From: Octopus sinensis
Taxonomy: Eukaryota
Assembly: GCF_006345805.1 (NCBI RefSeq)
Contig: NC_043013.1
Span: 20,398,001 to 20,462,000 of the forward strand
Reading direction: 5' to 3'
DNA length: 64,000 nt
The notes beneath the pieces were generated by a model. The model was not told where the DNA came from, searched no databases, and saw nothing but the letters and a program-made list of their open reading frames with translations. Shown piece after piece: positions 13,758-26,905 of this stretch (position 1 is its first letter; each line of letters opens with the position of its first letter). The position numbers and the translations under genes are program-made.

Positions 13758-13920
13758 ATGTATGTGTGTGTGTTTGTCCCCCGACATCGCTTGACAACCG
13801 ATGATGGTGTGTTTACGTCCCCGTAACTTAGCGGTTCGGCAAAAGAGACAGATAGAATAACTACTAGGCGATGCGCCAACATGGCTACAGTCAAATGACT
13901 GAAACAAGTAAAAGAGTAAA
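13586..13920 (+). mobile_element. SINE family B with internal (TA)n/(TG)n tract
   Basis: GGTTCAGTCCCACTGCGTGG..CTTGGGCAAGT, GACCAAAGCCTTGTGAGTGGATTTGGTAGACGGAAACTG, tail CAGTCAAATGACTGAAACAAGTAAAAGAG. Confidence 0.9.
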
Positions 13921-14024
13921 TTATAAATGCATGCATGCATGTATGTATGTATGTATGTATGTATGTATGTATGTATGTATGTATGTATGTATGTATGTAT
14001 GTATGTATGTATGTATGTATAGAG

Positions 14025-14252
14025 TGTTTGAAATGTACAAATATTTTATATTGCGAAAAAGTAGGCAGTCATAATTTTGGTTAATTCTTTATTAGCGCTT
14101 TCGTTCGTTTATCGAACTCGTCAAAACAAAATAAAAAAAAAAATTGTTTTTGACGAGTTCGATAAACGAACGAAAGCGCTAATAAAGAATTATCTAAAAT
14201 TCTGACTGCCTACTTTTTCTCAATATACAATATACGTACACCACTTCAAACA
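14025..14252. repeat. ~228-bp palindrome carrying a hammerhead-like variant on each strand
   Basis: Arms of ~100 bp around an A-rich spacer. Each arm reads TTGACGA GTTCG ATAAA CGAAC GAAA GCGCT A outward. Confidence 0.85.
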
Positions 14253-14280
14253 TTTCATATATACATAATACATGCATATG

Positions 14281-14586
14281 GTCGAGGCGCAATGGCCCAG
14301 TGGTTAGGGCAGCGGACTCGCGGTCGTAGTATCGCGGTTTCGATTCCTAGACCGGGCGTTGTGAGTGTTTATTGAGCGAAAACACCTAAAAAGCTCCACG
14401 AGGCTCCGGCAGGGGGTGGTGACCCCTGCTGTACTCTTTCAACACACTTTCTCTCACTCTTTCTTCTGTTGGCTTGCTCGCTTAGCCAGCGGGGTGGCGT
14501 CATTCGAAGGCTGAAACAATGCGAACGCATTGTGACCAGCGATGTGTAGCAACATCTGATGGTCTGGTCGGTCACGTGATCACGTG
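14281..14586 (+). mobile_element. tRNA-headed SINE family C, full length
   Basis: GAGGCGCAATGGCCCAGTGGTTAGGGCAGCGGACTCGCGG...GGTTTCGATTCC (A and B boxes); tail GGTCGGTCACGTGATCACGTG. Homologue at 58167. Confidence 0.9.
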
Positions 14587-14692
14587 CTAATACATACATA
14601 TATAATAAATCTACAAAAAAAAAACGAAGAAAAATGCAACAACGCGAGGACGAGGTACATGCAAAATATTAACAGACGCTCAGGGAAAGAAA

Positions 14693-14876
14693 AAGTTTCG
14701 AGCAATGCTCTTCTTCAGAAACAGGAGACAGAGGAAAGTCCAAGAGAAAAAGAAGACGGAGGACGGTCATTCAAAATTTAACTGTATGTGGATTGTTGGT
14801 GGTTTTTCCAACGTCTTCCTTTCTCTTGGACTTTCCTCTGTCTCCTTTTTCTGAAGAAGAGCTTTGCCCGAAACTT
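14693..14876. repeat. Inverted repeat (~66-bp arms) containing partial hammerhead cores
   Basis: Arms 14693-14758 and 14812-14876. CTGAAGA AGAGC.TTGC(T/C)C GAAAC on both strands; stem III and cleavage triplet are absent. Confidence 0.8.
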
Positions 14877-15710
14877 CGGAAAACCTATTTACAACGTTGC
14901 CAACAGATGTTTCAACGAATTTCTCCCACGTAAAATTGTTTGTATATTCTCAGAGTTGGTTTGCAGTTGAATACTCTAGCAGTCGGCCCTTCGACTCTTA
15001 TTCACCCTAGAATTAATCATTAAATATCGTAGAACTGATCACTAGGAAATATTTTTATTCACCACGAAAACCCTTATATTTTATTAATTTATATTTGCAA
15101 TTTTAATTATTTTCAACTTTAAACTAATTGGATTATATTCTTGACAGTAATTAACCAATGACATGTCAGCTTCCGTTTTCATTTTTTTACATCTGCAATA
15201 CAATTGTAGAATTTAAAAGCAAAAATGTTACGTTTGTCCCTCATGGCATCGCTGTTAACTAAAAGAAAAAACCCGAATATATTTCAAATTGTCTTTGTTT
15301 TTCCCATTTTCCAAAATTCCAAAAATGATTGCCAAATGTGTTGTTTTTCTCCTGTAGGGCATAAAATATAAAATATTTTCAGGTGTTTCATCGATGGAAA
15401 TGAAAAACTTTTAACGAAAAAAATAACGAAAAATATTTCATAATTGAAAAAAAAAATGCTAGTTTAAATTAAATTTTGACTTTGCGCCTTAATATTTCTT
15501 TGTTTTCTACTCCATCTTTTGACATTAGTTTTATGGCTTTATGCAAGTGTTGTGGTGTAATTGTATCTGTCTTAATTTACAGATCAGGCCTGCTTCGTTG
15601 CTGGTAGAGACGCGGTGTATTTATGACCAACACACAACTCCCACTGGCGCTATTCAGCTTTAACGGGTTCCGCGAGGAGTTGAATTCACATGGGAAATTA
15701 CGAACAGAAT

Positions 15711-15755
<45 letters not shown>

Positions 15756-15829
15756 TGTGTGTGTGCGTGTGTGTGTGTGTGTGGAGGGGGCTATTAGAGT
15801 TTCAACACGTTTCGTGTGTATGGGAGAGT

Positions 15830-16222
15830 CTTTTATCTTTTACTCGTTTAAGTCATTTGACTGCGGCCATACTGGAGCACTGCTTTGAAGGGTTTTAGTC
15901 AGGCAAATCGACCCTGGACTTATTTTTTAAGCCGAGTACTTATTCTCTCGATTCTTTTTGCCGAACCGCTAAGTTACGGGGACGTAAACACACCAATACC
16001 GGTTGTCAAGCGGTGGTGGGAGGACAAACACAGTTACAAAGACACGATATATATATATTTATATGTATTTACGACGAACTTCTTTCAGTTTCCGTCTGCC
16101 AAATCCACTCACAAGGCTTTAGTCGACCTGTAGTTATAGAAGACACTTGCTCAAGGTGCCGTGCAATAGGATTGAACTTAGAAGCATGTGGTTGGGAAGC
16201 AAGCTTCTTACCACAGTCACGC
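15830..16222 (-). mobile_element. SINE family B
   Basis: Reverse complement of the family B head, core and tail. Confidence 0.9.
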
Positions 16223-16730
16223 CGGTTTCTGCGTGATGATTAAATCAAATCATGTGTTTACATTCAATGTTAAAACATGCATTCTGTAAAGTACTTAATA
16301 AAACAGTTGTTTTCGTATTTAGAATTAAAATTCAGGTTTCGGATTACCTGCGTTATATTAATTAAGCTTAGCACTCAATTTGTTGTTCCTTAGAATCGCA
16401 TCACGTTTACGGTTTAACAATACCCGATTTGGTATTTAATCACGCCAAATTTGATGTTTATGAAACGACAAAATGTTTTTTGCTTTCTCTAGAGAAAGGA
16501 GGACAGTTGTGAACGGATGTTTCTACTTAAAGAGCTGTCATCAGAACTGTCTTGTCCTACTTTAATTCGAGTCAGACATATGACAGGTGTATATGGTTAG
16601 TCCACAGTACTATTTAAGGAACATAGGACCGGTTCGTGATTTCCCTGGAGTATATATTCCTCCCTGGACAGGACGTTGATTCATCGCAGAGGACAAATTT
16701 CTCTCTCTCCTTCGCTCTCTCTCACACACG

Positions 16731-16770
<40 letters not shown>

Positions 16771-16959
16771 ACACACACACGCACAAATATATATATATCA
16801 GTGAGTGGACAAACGAAAGATAGGGTACTCAACACATTCACTGGGAGTTACATGTGTTGCTCAAAACAGATTGATTCGGATTTGGTGCTACTTCATGTTT
16901 CGAAGCCCCCCAACGCGGCCTTTCTCGTCAGGCTGGTAAGAATTCGAATGACCGGCATA

Positions 16960-17925
16960 CTGTTATCGTGGCTATAAATGTTGAGCATAGCGATTTAGAA
17001 ATATCTCGATTTTTAAAAGTTGCCAGATCTTTCGTCTGCAAAGTGCGTAAGGAGTTAGAGACCAAAGATGGAAACTCATCACCAGTATCAAAGCATAAAA
17101 CATTCTAAACGCTCTGAAATCATCATAACAAAGGAAATGAACCATCAAATTCAATAGACCATTGATTGCAATCCCAGAAAATCAATGAGGTTAATTGCAA
17201 AAGATCTCCATGTGTCAGAAGGAGCAATCAGAAATGTTTTCCACGAAGACATCAGATATGAATCTTATATAATGAGGAAAGGTGAATTTATGACAGAAAA
17301 AAGCAAAAGAAAACCGCTACACCAGATCTAAAAGACGTTGAAACAAACTGAAAAATCCAGCAGAAGATTTGGTTTTGGTTTTTTTTCAGACGAGAAAATC
17401 TTAGCCCAAGATGAAAAAGCTAACAAAAGAAATGATAGATGGTTATGTGGAGGCCCTTCTGAAGTTATAAGAGTTATGCATACAAGATTTCCTGCAACTG
17501 TCATGGTTTTAGGGGCTGTCAGCAATGGAGGACATGTGATGTCTCCTTACTTTTTTCCACAAGGTCTTAGAGTTACCTCTGTTGCCTACATTGAGGTCCG
17601 GGAAACAGTTGTTAAGTCCTGGATAGATAGGGTACGCAATGAAATGTCATATGTGTTTCAGCAAGATTCTTCACCATCACACAGTTCTAGTAACACAGGA
17701 ATTGATGGCTGAATATTCTCATGATCACAACACCCTTAACATTTGGCCTCCTAATTCCCAAGATCTCAATCCATTGAACTATTAAGTGTGGAACGTTGTT
17801 AAGAGAGAGGCCAATGACAACGCCCATAGCACTAAAGATACTTTGAAAGCCGTGAATGTCCGACTATTGTTCAGAAGGAATCAGGACCACTTGATTCGAG
17901 CATGCAGACTATTTAGATCTCGTAT
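16960..17925 (+). pseudogene. Tc1/mariner transposase relic, DD37D (maT-type)
   Basis: HTH-like EISRFLKVARSFV; FFSDEK; VFQQDSSPSH...WPPNSQDLNPL(N/D)Y. Spacing is 37 residues after correcting one frameshift; the third D is mutated to N. Confidence 0.8.
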
Positions 17926-18749
17926 ATCTATCTAGGTCGTGCCACAGGACGCCCCAAGATTGTTTACACGCGTTTGCCCCATTCATTGTAAGTCAATTAC
18001 ATCGACCCTAGTATTCAACTGGTACTTATTTTATCGGTTCCGAATGATGATTGGCAAAGTCGAACCCGGTGGCATTTGTACTCATGACGTGAAGTCGGAA
18101 GTAATGCCCCTAAACATTTTTTTCCGGCGCGGTAACGCTTCTGCCAACCCGCCGCCCTAAATAGGTAAAACATATTGATGTGACTCTGTGTAGAATCAAA
18201 ACTTTGATAAACCTACAGAACCAAAATGCACAGAAACTAATGTAAACGAAAACTAGCTCCAATAATTTAGTGGCAATTTTCGTAGATTTCATTAATATCC
18301 CATTTGGAGTTAAATTGAATAATATCAGATATTTTTTTGTTCTCTTTAATTTTCATTATTTTCCACAATTATTAATTTGCTTTAAGATGGCGATGATAAA
18401 GTGATGTTATAAAGTAGAGAGCGAAGGAAGAAGAGTTAAAGATTGCTTTGTTAGAGGAAAATCAGTAATTTACTGCTGGCGATTAAATGAAGATTAATTG
18501 AGAAATCAACGCGAATCTATTCACTTCTTATCGACTTCAAGGAATATATTCCATATATTCAGTGTTTGGAGTGACGTTTTATTTGCTAATTAGAACGGCA
18601 CCTCGTAGGAAGATGCGATATATTTAATTAGCTTTCAATTCTTTTTTTTTGTTTCGGGGGTGGGAATTCTAAATGCTATTGCACTAATTATGACTAAAGG
18701 CTTCATGGTAGACAGCAACTATGAAAAACTAAGTTCAAACTATATAATA

Positions 18750-19075
18750 ACTGATACTCCGTCAGTTACGACGACGAGAGTTCCAGTTGATCCGATCAAC
18801 GGAGCAGTCTGCTCGTGAAATTAACGTGCAGGTGGATGAGCATTCCACAAACACGTGTGCCCTTAACGTAATTCTCAAGGGGATTCGGTGTGACACAGGA
18901 TTTGAAAAGGCTGGATCTTTGAATTGCAGGTACTATTCATTTTTGCCAGCTTTGTGAACCGGAGCGAGGTGATATAGTATCTTGCTCAAGGATACAACGT
19001 GCCGCCGGGTATCGAACTCACGACCTTACGATTGGGAGTTGAATATCCCCAACCACTATGCCTCGTGACTTCCCA
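18750..19075 (-). mobile_element. tRNA-headed CORE-like SINE family D
   Basis: Minus strand: GGCATAGTGGTTGGG...GAGTTCGATACCCGG, then GTTGTATCCTTGAGCAAGATACT (CORE-like box). Confidence 0.75.
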
Positions 19076-19096
19076 ACAATTTATCGAAGAGATACC

Positions 19097-19276
19097 TATT
19101 TCTTTATTACCCACAAGGGGCTAAACACAGAGGGGACAAACAAGGACAGACATAGGTATTAAGTCGATGTAATCGACCCCAGTGCGTAACTGGTACTTAA
19201 TTTATCGACCCCGAAAGGATGAAAGGCAAAGTCGACCTCGGCGGAATTTGAACTCAGAACGTAGCGGCAGACGAAA
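19097..19276 (-). mobile_element. SINE family A, headless 180-bp unit with TSD
   Basis: Begins at the multimer junction site. TATCGAAGA(G/A)ATACC at 19082-19096 and 19277-19291. Confidence 0.85.
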
Positions 19277-19329
19277 TATCGAAGAAATACCGTAGCCATG
19301 GAACTTCCGTAAACGTTACATACATTTTG

Positions 19330-19717
19330 CTTTTTATTTGATTCCGTCATTGGACTGCAACCAACCCTTGACGGGTTTAGACGAATGAAATCGACCCCAG
19401 TACCTATTTTAAAGCCCGTTTTCTTTTTGTTGAACTGCTAAATCACGGACATAAACAAACAAATCCTGGTTGTGAAGTGGTGGTGGGGAACAAACACAAA
19501 CACACACAGACATATATGCGCAAACTCATTGTATGTATGTATGTATGTATGTATGTATGCACGGCAGTCTTCGTTCAGTTTTCGTCAACCAAATCCATTC
19601 ACAAGGCTTTGGTCAGCCCGAAACTATAGTGGAAGACACTCATCAAAGGTACCATGCTGTAGCACAGAGCCTAAATCCATGCGTTTGGGAAGCGTTTACC
19701 ACAGAACCATGCCTGTG
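19330..19717 (-). mobile_element. SINE family B (diverged)
   Basis: AAATCCATTCACAAGGCTTTGGTC core and degenerate tail. Confidence 0.8.
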
Positions 19718-20040
19718 ACTATGTAAATTTAAATCATAAAACTGGAACAAAAGTACTTCCATGAATATTAATTACTTGCAAGCACTTAAGCAAATTTTTG
19801 AAAAGGGGGAAAAAAACTGAAGGGTTTTATTATATCGATAATTAACTTCCCTCCTCCACCGCCGTGCTAAGGTTTATTTAACGTTTGAGAGAAGTAATCC
19901 ATTGTGTATCGAAAATACACAGTCTGGATTTAGACGTTCAGCATATATTTTGGTTGGGGTCACGGGCGAATAAAGGTGTCCATTGCATTTATTGCTGAGA
20001 AATACATTGTTTCGTCTTTTTTTATATATGACACTTTGCA

Positions 20041-20153
<113 letters not shown>

Positions 20154-20154
20154 G

Positions 20155-20202
<48 letters not shown>

Positions 20203-20664
20203 ATTTTGGAATTTGGACAACAATACAATAACGATAAGTGTTGGGAAAGTCTTGCATATTTTTACCATTCCATCTACAGATTATATTTGCAAAATATGCG
20301 TTCGTCGACCTCTTCTTTAGCCCGGAAATCCTAGCTATTTAAAGAGCTCTGCAGTCTTGGTTGACAATCTTACAAGAGATGGTGTCTCGATAAAAATACC
20401 GATTGGTGTCTAACCTTAAAACACATACCTCAAAGTTGAGTGTAAACGTCTTATACAAATCTATCAAATGATGGTGTTAATGAGGCTGGAACCAAAGGTG
20501 AAAGCCTTTCGCCCGGCAGGTGCCCTGTGTTTGAGCAGCGCAGGCCCGGTTGTCATCCATAGATTGCTTGTAAACAAAGTCAAAGACAGAGAAGAAGGTG
20601 AGATAAAGAGGCAAACCGAACGGTAATTGAATGCTGAATCCAATAGAAGGGGGTTCCGACAACG

Positions 20665-20895
20665 AATGAAAGCAAGCTGGCAAGAGGAATATAAAGGAAA
20701 GTGGAATAGAGTGCCTAGTAGAACTGTTACAAAAGGTTGGCCTCCTTGGCACGGCCAGAATAATCAGGAAAGTATAAGATAGATGAAAAGAACAAATAGC
20801 ATGGTACCGTAGGCTGCAGGTAGTAAGCCCGCTGCGTGTGCAAGACTACAGGAGCTCCAACAAAGTCTGCGATAAAGAGAAAATAATAATAATAA
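20665..20895 (+). mobile_element. 3' end of an R4-type (RLE) non-LTR element
   Basis: VELLQKVGLLGTARIIRKV followed by a short UTR and (AAT)n tail. Confidence 0.65.
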
Positions 20896-22109
20896 CGTTT
20901 AAATATTTGTTGTGCAAGATTTTTTATGTGAAGTCGTGTTGAAACAGATATTGTTATATTTCGGAATGGTCATTCTGCCAGTTTAGCCAATAAAAACACA
21001 CGCACTATATATTTGGTGTTACTTTGCTTCAGTGTTATTTATTTTTTACATTAATCTTAATCTTATTTCGGCCAGAGTTCTTTCGTCACACTCCTGTGAC
21101 CGCATCAGTGGTCCTTTGTTTTCTTCTTACTTATTTGTGTCTCTCTTTACTAACATGTATAAAATATTAAATGTTTTGGTACGGGACTCTTGGCCCAGCC
21201 AGTATAATTAGGGTCGAAACCTGCAGGTTTCTAAGCAGCAGTCAATGAATACTCAACTCACTGGTTTTGAAAGTTCATATCTGCAGACAAACAAATCTTT
21301 ATGACTATACATTTTTTTTCTGCCCAACAAACCTATATAAATGATTGTCGCGTTTGCATTTGACAGAGCTTTCGATGGGAATGTTTCGCTAATATCCACT
21401 GTGACGGTATATTTGAATTCAATAAAAATAGTGTTGTTTATATTTATTCTAGGACAATTTTCCTACAGAAAGCATTGTATATTATCATCTAACAGGAAGA
21501 GAGTTGGAACTTTGATAACAGTTTTAGGCAGTCGTTGATCACAATTGTAATATCTTCCACAGAAGAGTGTTATAATCGCCATTTTGATTGTATCTTGACG
21601 GTTTAAGAGCTTAGCTGTCTCGTTTGTTCATTAAATATTTCGTAGCTATCTCCTCAATTTGAACAGCAAAAACATAGCCTTCCGGCAGTGAAACCTTACT
21701 TGTCATGAGTCCAAGTAAGGCTACACATCATCTTGATATTATTACCCGTTACATTCGTCCGTCGTCACGTTGTAACTTCATATCCCGCCAGGGTTGACTT
21801 TGCTTTTCATCTTTTTGGAGTCTATGAAATAAGTACCAGTTTAGTACTGGGGTCGATGTAATCGACTTACCACTTCCTCCGAAATTGCTGGTCTTGTACC
21901 AAAATTTGAAATCAATATTATCATCCTTCTCATTTCGTCCGTCTTCACGTTCTGAGTTCAAATTCCCCTGAGGTCCACTTTGCTTTTCATCCTTTCAGAG
22001 TCAATAAAAAAAAGTATCAGTAGATCACTTGGGTCGATCCAATCGATTTATTCCGCTCCCACCAGATAGCTGCCTTTGTAACAAAATGTGAAACCAATGT
22101 TATCACTCA

Positions 22110-22600
22110 TCTCAAGCGTACAGGAAACATGCCTATGCATAATTTTTGTGATATGCAGAGAAACTCTTTCCCAGGTCTTTGATTAGATATGTTAGTCTTG
22201 CGCATTTGAGTTCTGTGAGACGTCGTCAGGGAATGAGCGCCATTTGAGGATTCCACCGTCGACCCGCAGAATGTTATTCCAATTTGGAGCACATAGCGAT
22301 TTGTTATTTTTATTGCCGTCGTTTACCAAGTATTCTTTGTGTGATGTCACCCACGGCACTCAAAGACTGTCAGCACGGATCACAAGCCTCTTTTTCCTCA
22401 CAACTTTTTTTTCTGAATTAGAGCCTGTCAATATAAGAGATTCTTTGGATGATTCTACTTAAATCTAGGATATTGTAGCTTTTAATATGTCTAGAGCGGG
22501 TTTCCTCAGTAGAAAAACAAGACAATATCTCAAGACTGGTACTGAAAATGCATTGTGGGATATTGCCTTTTTACAAGTAGAAAGCTCTGACTGATATATA
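22110..22600 (-). pseudogene. Degenerate R4-type RT thumb fragment
   Basis: [25 protein letters not shown]...HPK..IDRL*...RGL, the usual R4/Dong post-RT motif order. Confidence 0.55.
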
Positions 22601-22758
22601 TACATACGTACATACATACACACATATATACTTACATACATACATGTATGTATGTACATATATATACATACGTACATACATAAATACATGTATGTATGTA
22701 TGTATGTATGTATGTATGTATGTATGTATGTATTATGTATGTATGTATGTATGTATGT

Positions 22759-22824
<66 letters not shown>

Positions 22825-23362
22825 CAGGCTTTTGTAAGAATGAATGAACAGAAAAACCTATCGAAATTCTGGGACTGATGGCTATCAAGTTAGAGAGAAT
22901 AATGATATGTAAGATGAGGACAAAGGCCACACATATTAAGAAAGTATTCAGTTGATTAAGTTGACCCCCGTACTTTACTGGTACTTTATTTTGTAGACCA
23001 ATCAACGGCGAAAACAGTTGATTTAAAAGAAGGATGGATTTGAACTGAGAATCTACATTTGAACTGAGAATGCCGGAACAAATACGGCAAAGCATTTTAT
23101 CCGATCTTCTAACGATTCTGTCGTTCTCTATAACAATAATGGTAATAAAATGGAAATAATAAGGATGATAACTATTACGACGATGACTGATGATGATGAT
23201 GATGATGATGATGACCATAGGATGTTAACAATAGCGGATCTGACCTCTAGAACTGCAATCAAAGTAAAATGTTAATCTAGTTAATATGTTTTTTGTCCTT
23301 AAAGTACAAAAAGGACCATTGATAGAAAATAGTTGGAAGAAAAAAACAAAAACAAAAAAGTA

Positions 23363-23516
23363 ATGGAAGCCGTATCGTTGACTGGCAATAGAGTTCTCGT
23401 AGGGACATTGCAAGGGATTCTTGCCTCCATCCATTATGTTACAAGATTTTCTACAATAAACGACAAAGAATTGCTTTCCTGGGACATTTCCGAAAACGGA
23501 AAGTGGGTTAGAAAAG
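23363..23516 (+). CDS. Candidate first coding exon of an unidentified host gene ([18 protein letters not shown]...GKWVRK)
   Basis: Unique sequence, GTAATGG start context, 51 open codons, donor AAG|GTAAAT in phase 1. Upstream acceptor TTTTTTGTCCTTAAAG at 23304. Confidence 0.5.
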
Positions 23517-23609
23517 GTAAATATATTTCTCAGGTAAATAATCAGGTTTCTCCATTCTTTCTGGAAACAAAACTTTTTGCGCTGCTTTATATAAAGAGTA
23601 GACAAAAAC

Positions 23610-24380
<771 letters not shown>

Positions 24381-24952
24381 CAGACTTGTCTTAACCATTC
24401 ATTATTCTTTCTGACAGACAATAATTGAGTTTACGTTATTCTTTCCCCTGTTCCTTATTTCGAAATGGACTTCTAGTTATTTATTTTTTCCTCCTTCCTC
24501 ATTCTTTCTTCTTTGCCTGCAGTAAATATTGCAAACAATACTGGTGTGCAACAAAATGTTTAGTGCCATTGTTATGCACACATTAACTGCAGGCTCTTGT
24601 TGCATTCTATTTCGCCATTGCCATCTAATAAAAGAAAGTGTTCAATTATTTACTTATTTTGTCGAGTATCCCCCTGTTCGTACAGTAACACGCTTATGAC
24701 TACGGGGGTAAGATGGTATCATAGAAAGCGTTGTTGATGTTCTTGATGTTGTTCAAGTTGTCATGTGGTGGTGGCAGTGGTGGTGGTGACAGTGGAAGTT
24801 GATTCTATGAATATCAGTGTGCGTATAGCTATCGGTGTATGTGTGTCTCTATTTGTACGCTTGAGTGTGTATGTGTGCGTACGTGGCTGTGTACATCTGT
24901 GTCTGACCGTTTGTATGTCATCTATGTGTGTGTATATATATATATACACACA

Positions 24953-24990
<38 letters not shown>

Positions 24991-25669
24991 TACGTGTGTG
25001 TGTGTGTGTGTGTGTGTTTGTGCGTGTGTGTGTGTTGAAGTCGACGCTAAGAATACGAAGAAGACAAAGTAATGACGTTTAAAATGGCGAATCTACGAAC
25101 AAAGGAAAATTTTCTTTCTATAAATTGTTTTCAAATTTTGATACAAGGCCAGCAACTTCAGGGGAGGGACTAAATCGATTATATCAACTGGTCCTTATTT
25201 CACCAATCCCAAAACGATGAAAAGCAAAGTTGACCTCAGCGGTATTTGAACTCAGAACCTAAAGACGGACGAAATGCCGCTAAGTAGTTTGTCACGTGTG
25301 CTAACGATTCTACCAGCTCCTTGCCTTGTTTTCTTCCATCTATAATAGAAACCATTTCCTTTTACGTGGCTCAACACCACCCTCATTAATCACTGGTACC
25401 TATTTATCAGGGAGTTTATTAAATGAAAGACCAACTCGCACGTAGTGAAATTTGAGCTCGGGTCGTAAAGGAAGGAACTTAAATGATTCTGTAAATCATC
25501 TTCTATCGTGCTTAACCATTTTTAGCAATTTTCTATCTGTATCGTATGACAGATAATATAGTGTCTCACAGTATCGACCATTTGTTGTCGGTGTTATTGA
25601 TGTTGTTGTGGCGGTGTTGCTTTTGTTGTTGGTGATGGTGTTGTAGTTCTTTGCTCCAAGCTAGTAAAC

Positions 25670-25850
25670 CTATGATCAAAAGTTTGCCAAATATGGCCAT
25701 CTTCTCTTATATTCTGACATAGTGTATCTAAGACTGGATTATCCAACGGTGTCCGTTTATTTCCTTTTAATAGAAGTAGATGTGATTTGATTTGACTGAT
25801 ATTTCTAGATGATCGAGTGACCCCTTAGAAATCCTCTGTTGTTTCACATA
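25670..25850. mobile_element. Old dispersed repeat, unclassified
   Basis: Diverged motif GATCAA..TTCCA..TGACCATC..TCTTTT..TGTATCT.GGAC.ACA.T.TCCAA recurs at ~41680-41830, ~62010-62200 and ~62540-62710. Confidence 0.5.
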
Positions 25851-26108
25851 GAATAGACTACCAGCAGCAGCAGCAGTAAAAACAACAGGAACATCAGCAA
25901 CTACAACAACAACAGTAGTACAAAACAGTAGTCAACTGATTCAATGGATCCGTTTTCTTTCATTTGTAAGAAAAGAACAAATCAAAGGAAGAAGGTGGAT
26001 GTTTTATAATATCGGAATCGGTTGCAGTTGGAACTGGTATATATTGGGATTAAGAAGAAGCACCAAGGTGAACGAAAGTAACAGAAGTGATTCAGTAGAT
26101 TTGCAATA

Positions 26109-26510
26109 TAAGGTGGCGAGCTGGCAGAAACGTTAGCACGCCGGGCGAAATGCTTAACGGTATTTCGTCTGTCGTTACGTTCTGAGTTCAAATTCCGCCG
26201 AGGTCGACTTTGCCTTTCATCCTTTCGGGGTCGATAAATAAAGGACCAGTTTCGCACTGGGGTCGATGTAATCGACTTAATACCTATGTCTGTCCTTGTT
26301 TGTCCCCTCTGTGTTTAGCCCCTTGTGGGTAATAAAGAAATAGGTATTTCGTCTGCCGCTACGTTCTGAGTTCAAATTCCGCCGAGGTCGACTTTGCCTT
26401 TCATCCTTTCAGGATCGATTAAATAAGTACCCGATGTAATCGACTTAATCCCTTTGATTGTCCTTGTTTGTCCCCTCTATGTTTAGCCCCTTGTGGGCAA
26501 TAAAGAAATA
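26109..26510 (+). mobile_element. SINE family A, head-to-tail dimer with 12-bp TSD
   Basis: Junction AAAGAAATAG|GTATTTCGTC at ~26343; AGATTTGCAATA at 26097-26108 and 26511-26522. Confidence 0.9.
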
Positions 26511-26905
26511 AGATTTGCAATAGAGTGACACTAGATTTAGAGTAGGGGGCGGTAAATGTGTAGGATAAATGCAGGCAATTCAAGAAGCAGCAAAGCGATT
26601 GTAGGTGAACAGAAGACAGAATGATGGAGGGGTGACAAAGTAGAATGCGATCAGCTGAAAGCAGGGGGGCAGTAAAATAGCAGAAGGGAAAGTCAGTATG
26701 CTGGTGGAGAGGCAGAAGATTAACAGATGAAGGACATATAATGCAGTAGAAGAACGACACTGGATTAGCAGTAGAAAGATGCATAAAATGGCAGTGGATT
26801 AGCAGGAGATTAAGAGAAAAGTAAGGTACATAGAATGTTCCGTTTGTTGGCTGAATAATGGTCAATCGTTTTAATTGAATGTAGTAACAATAAATTTATA
26901 ATAAA

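Noticed and set aside
14281-14355. Possible tRNA gene
   Set aside because: A and B boxes are present but there is no closed acceptor stem, and the sequence continues into a SINE body found elsewhere in the window.
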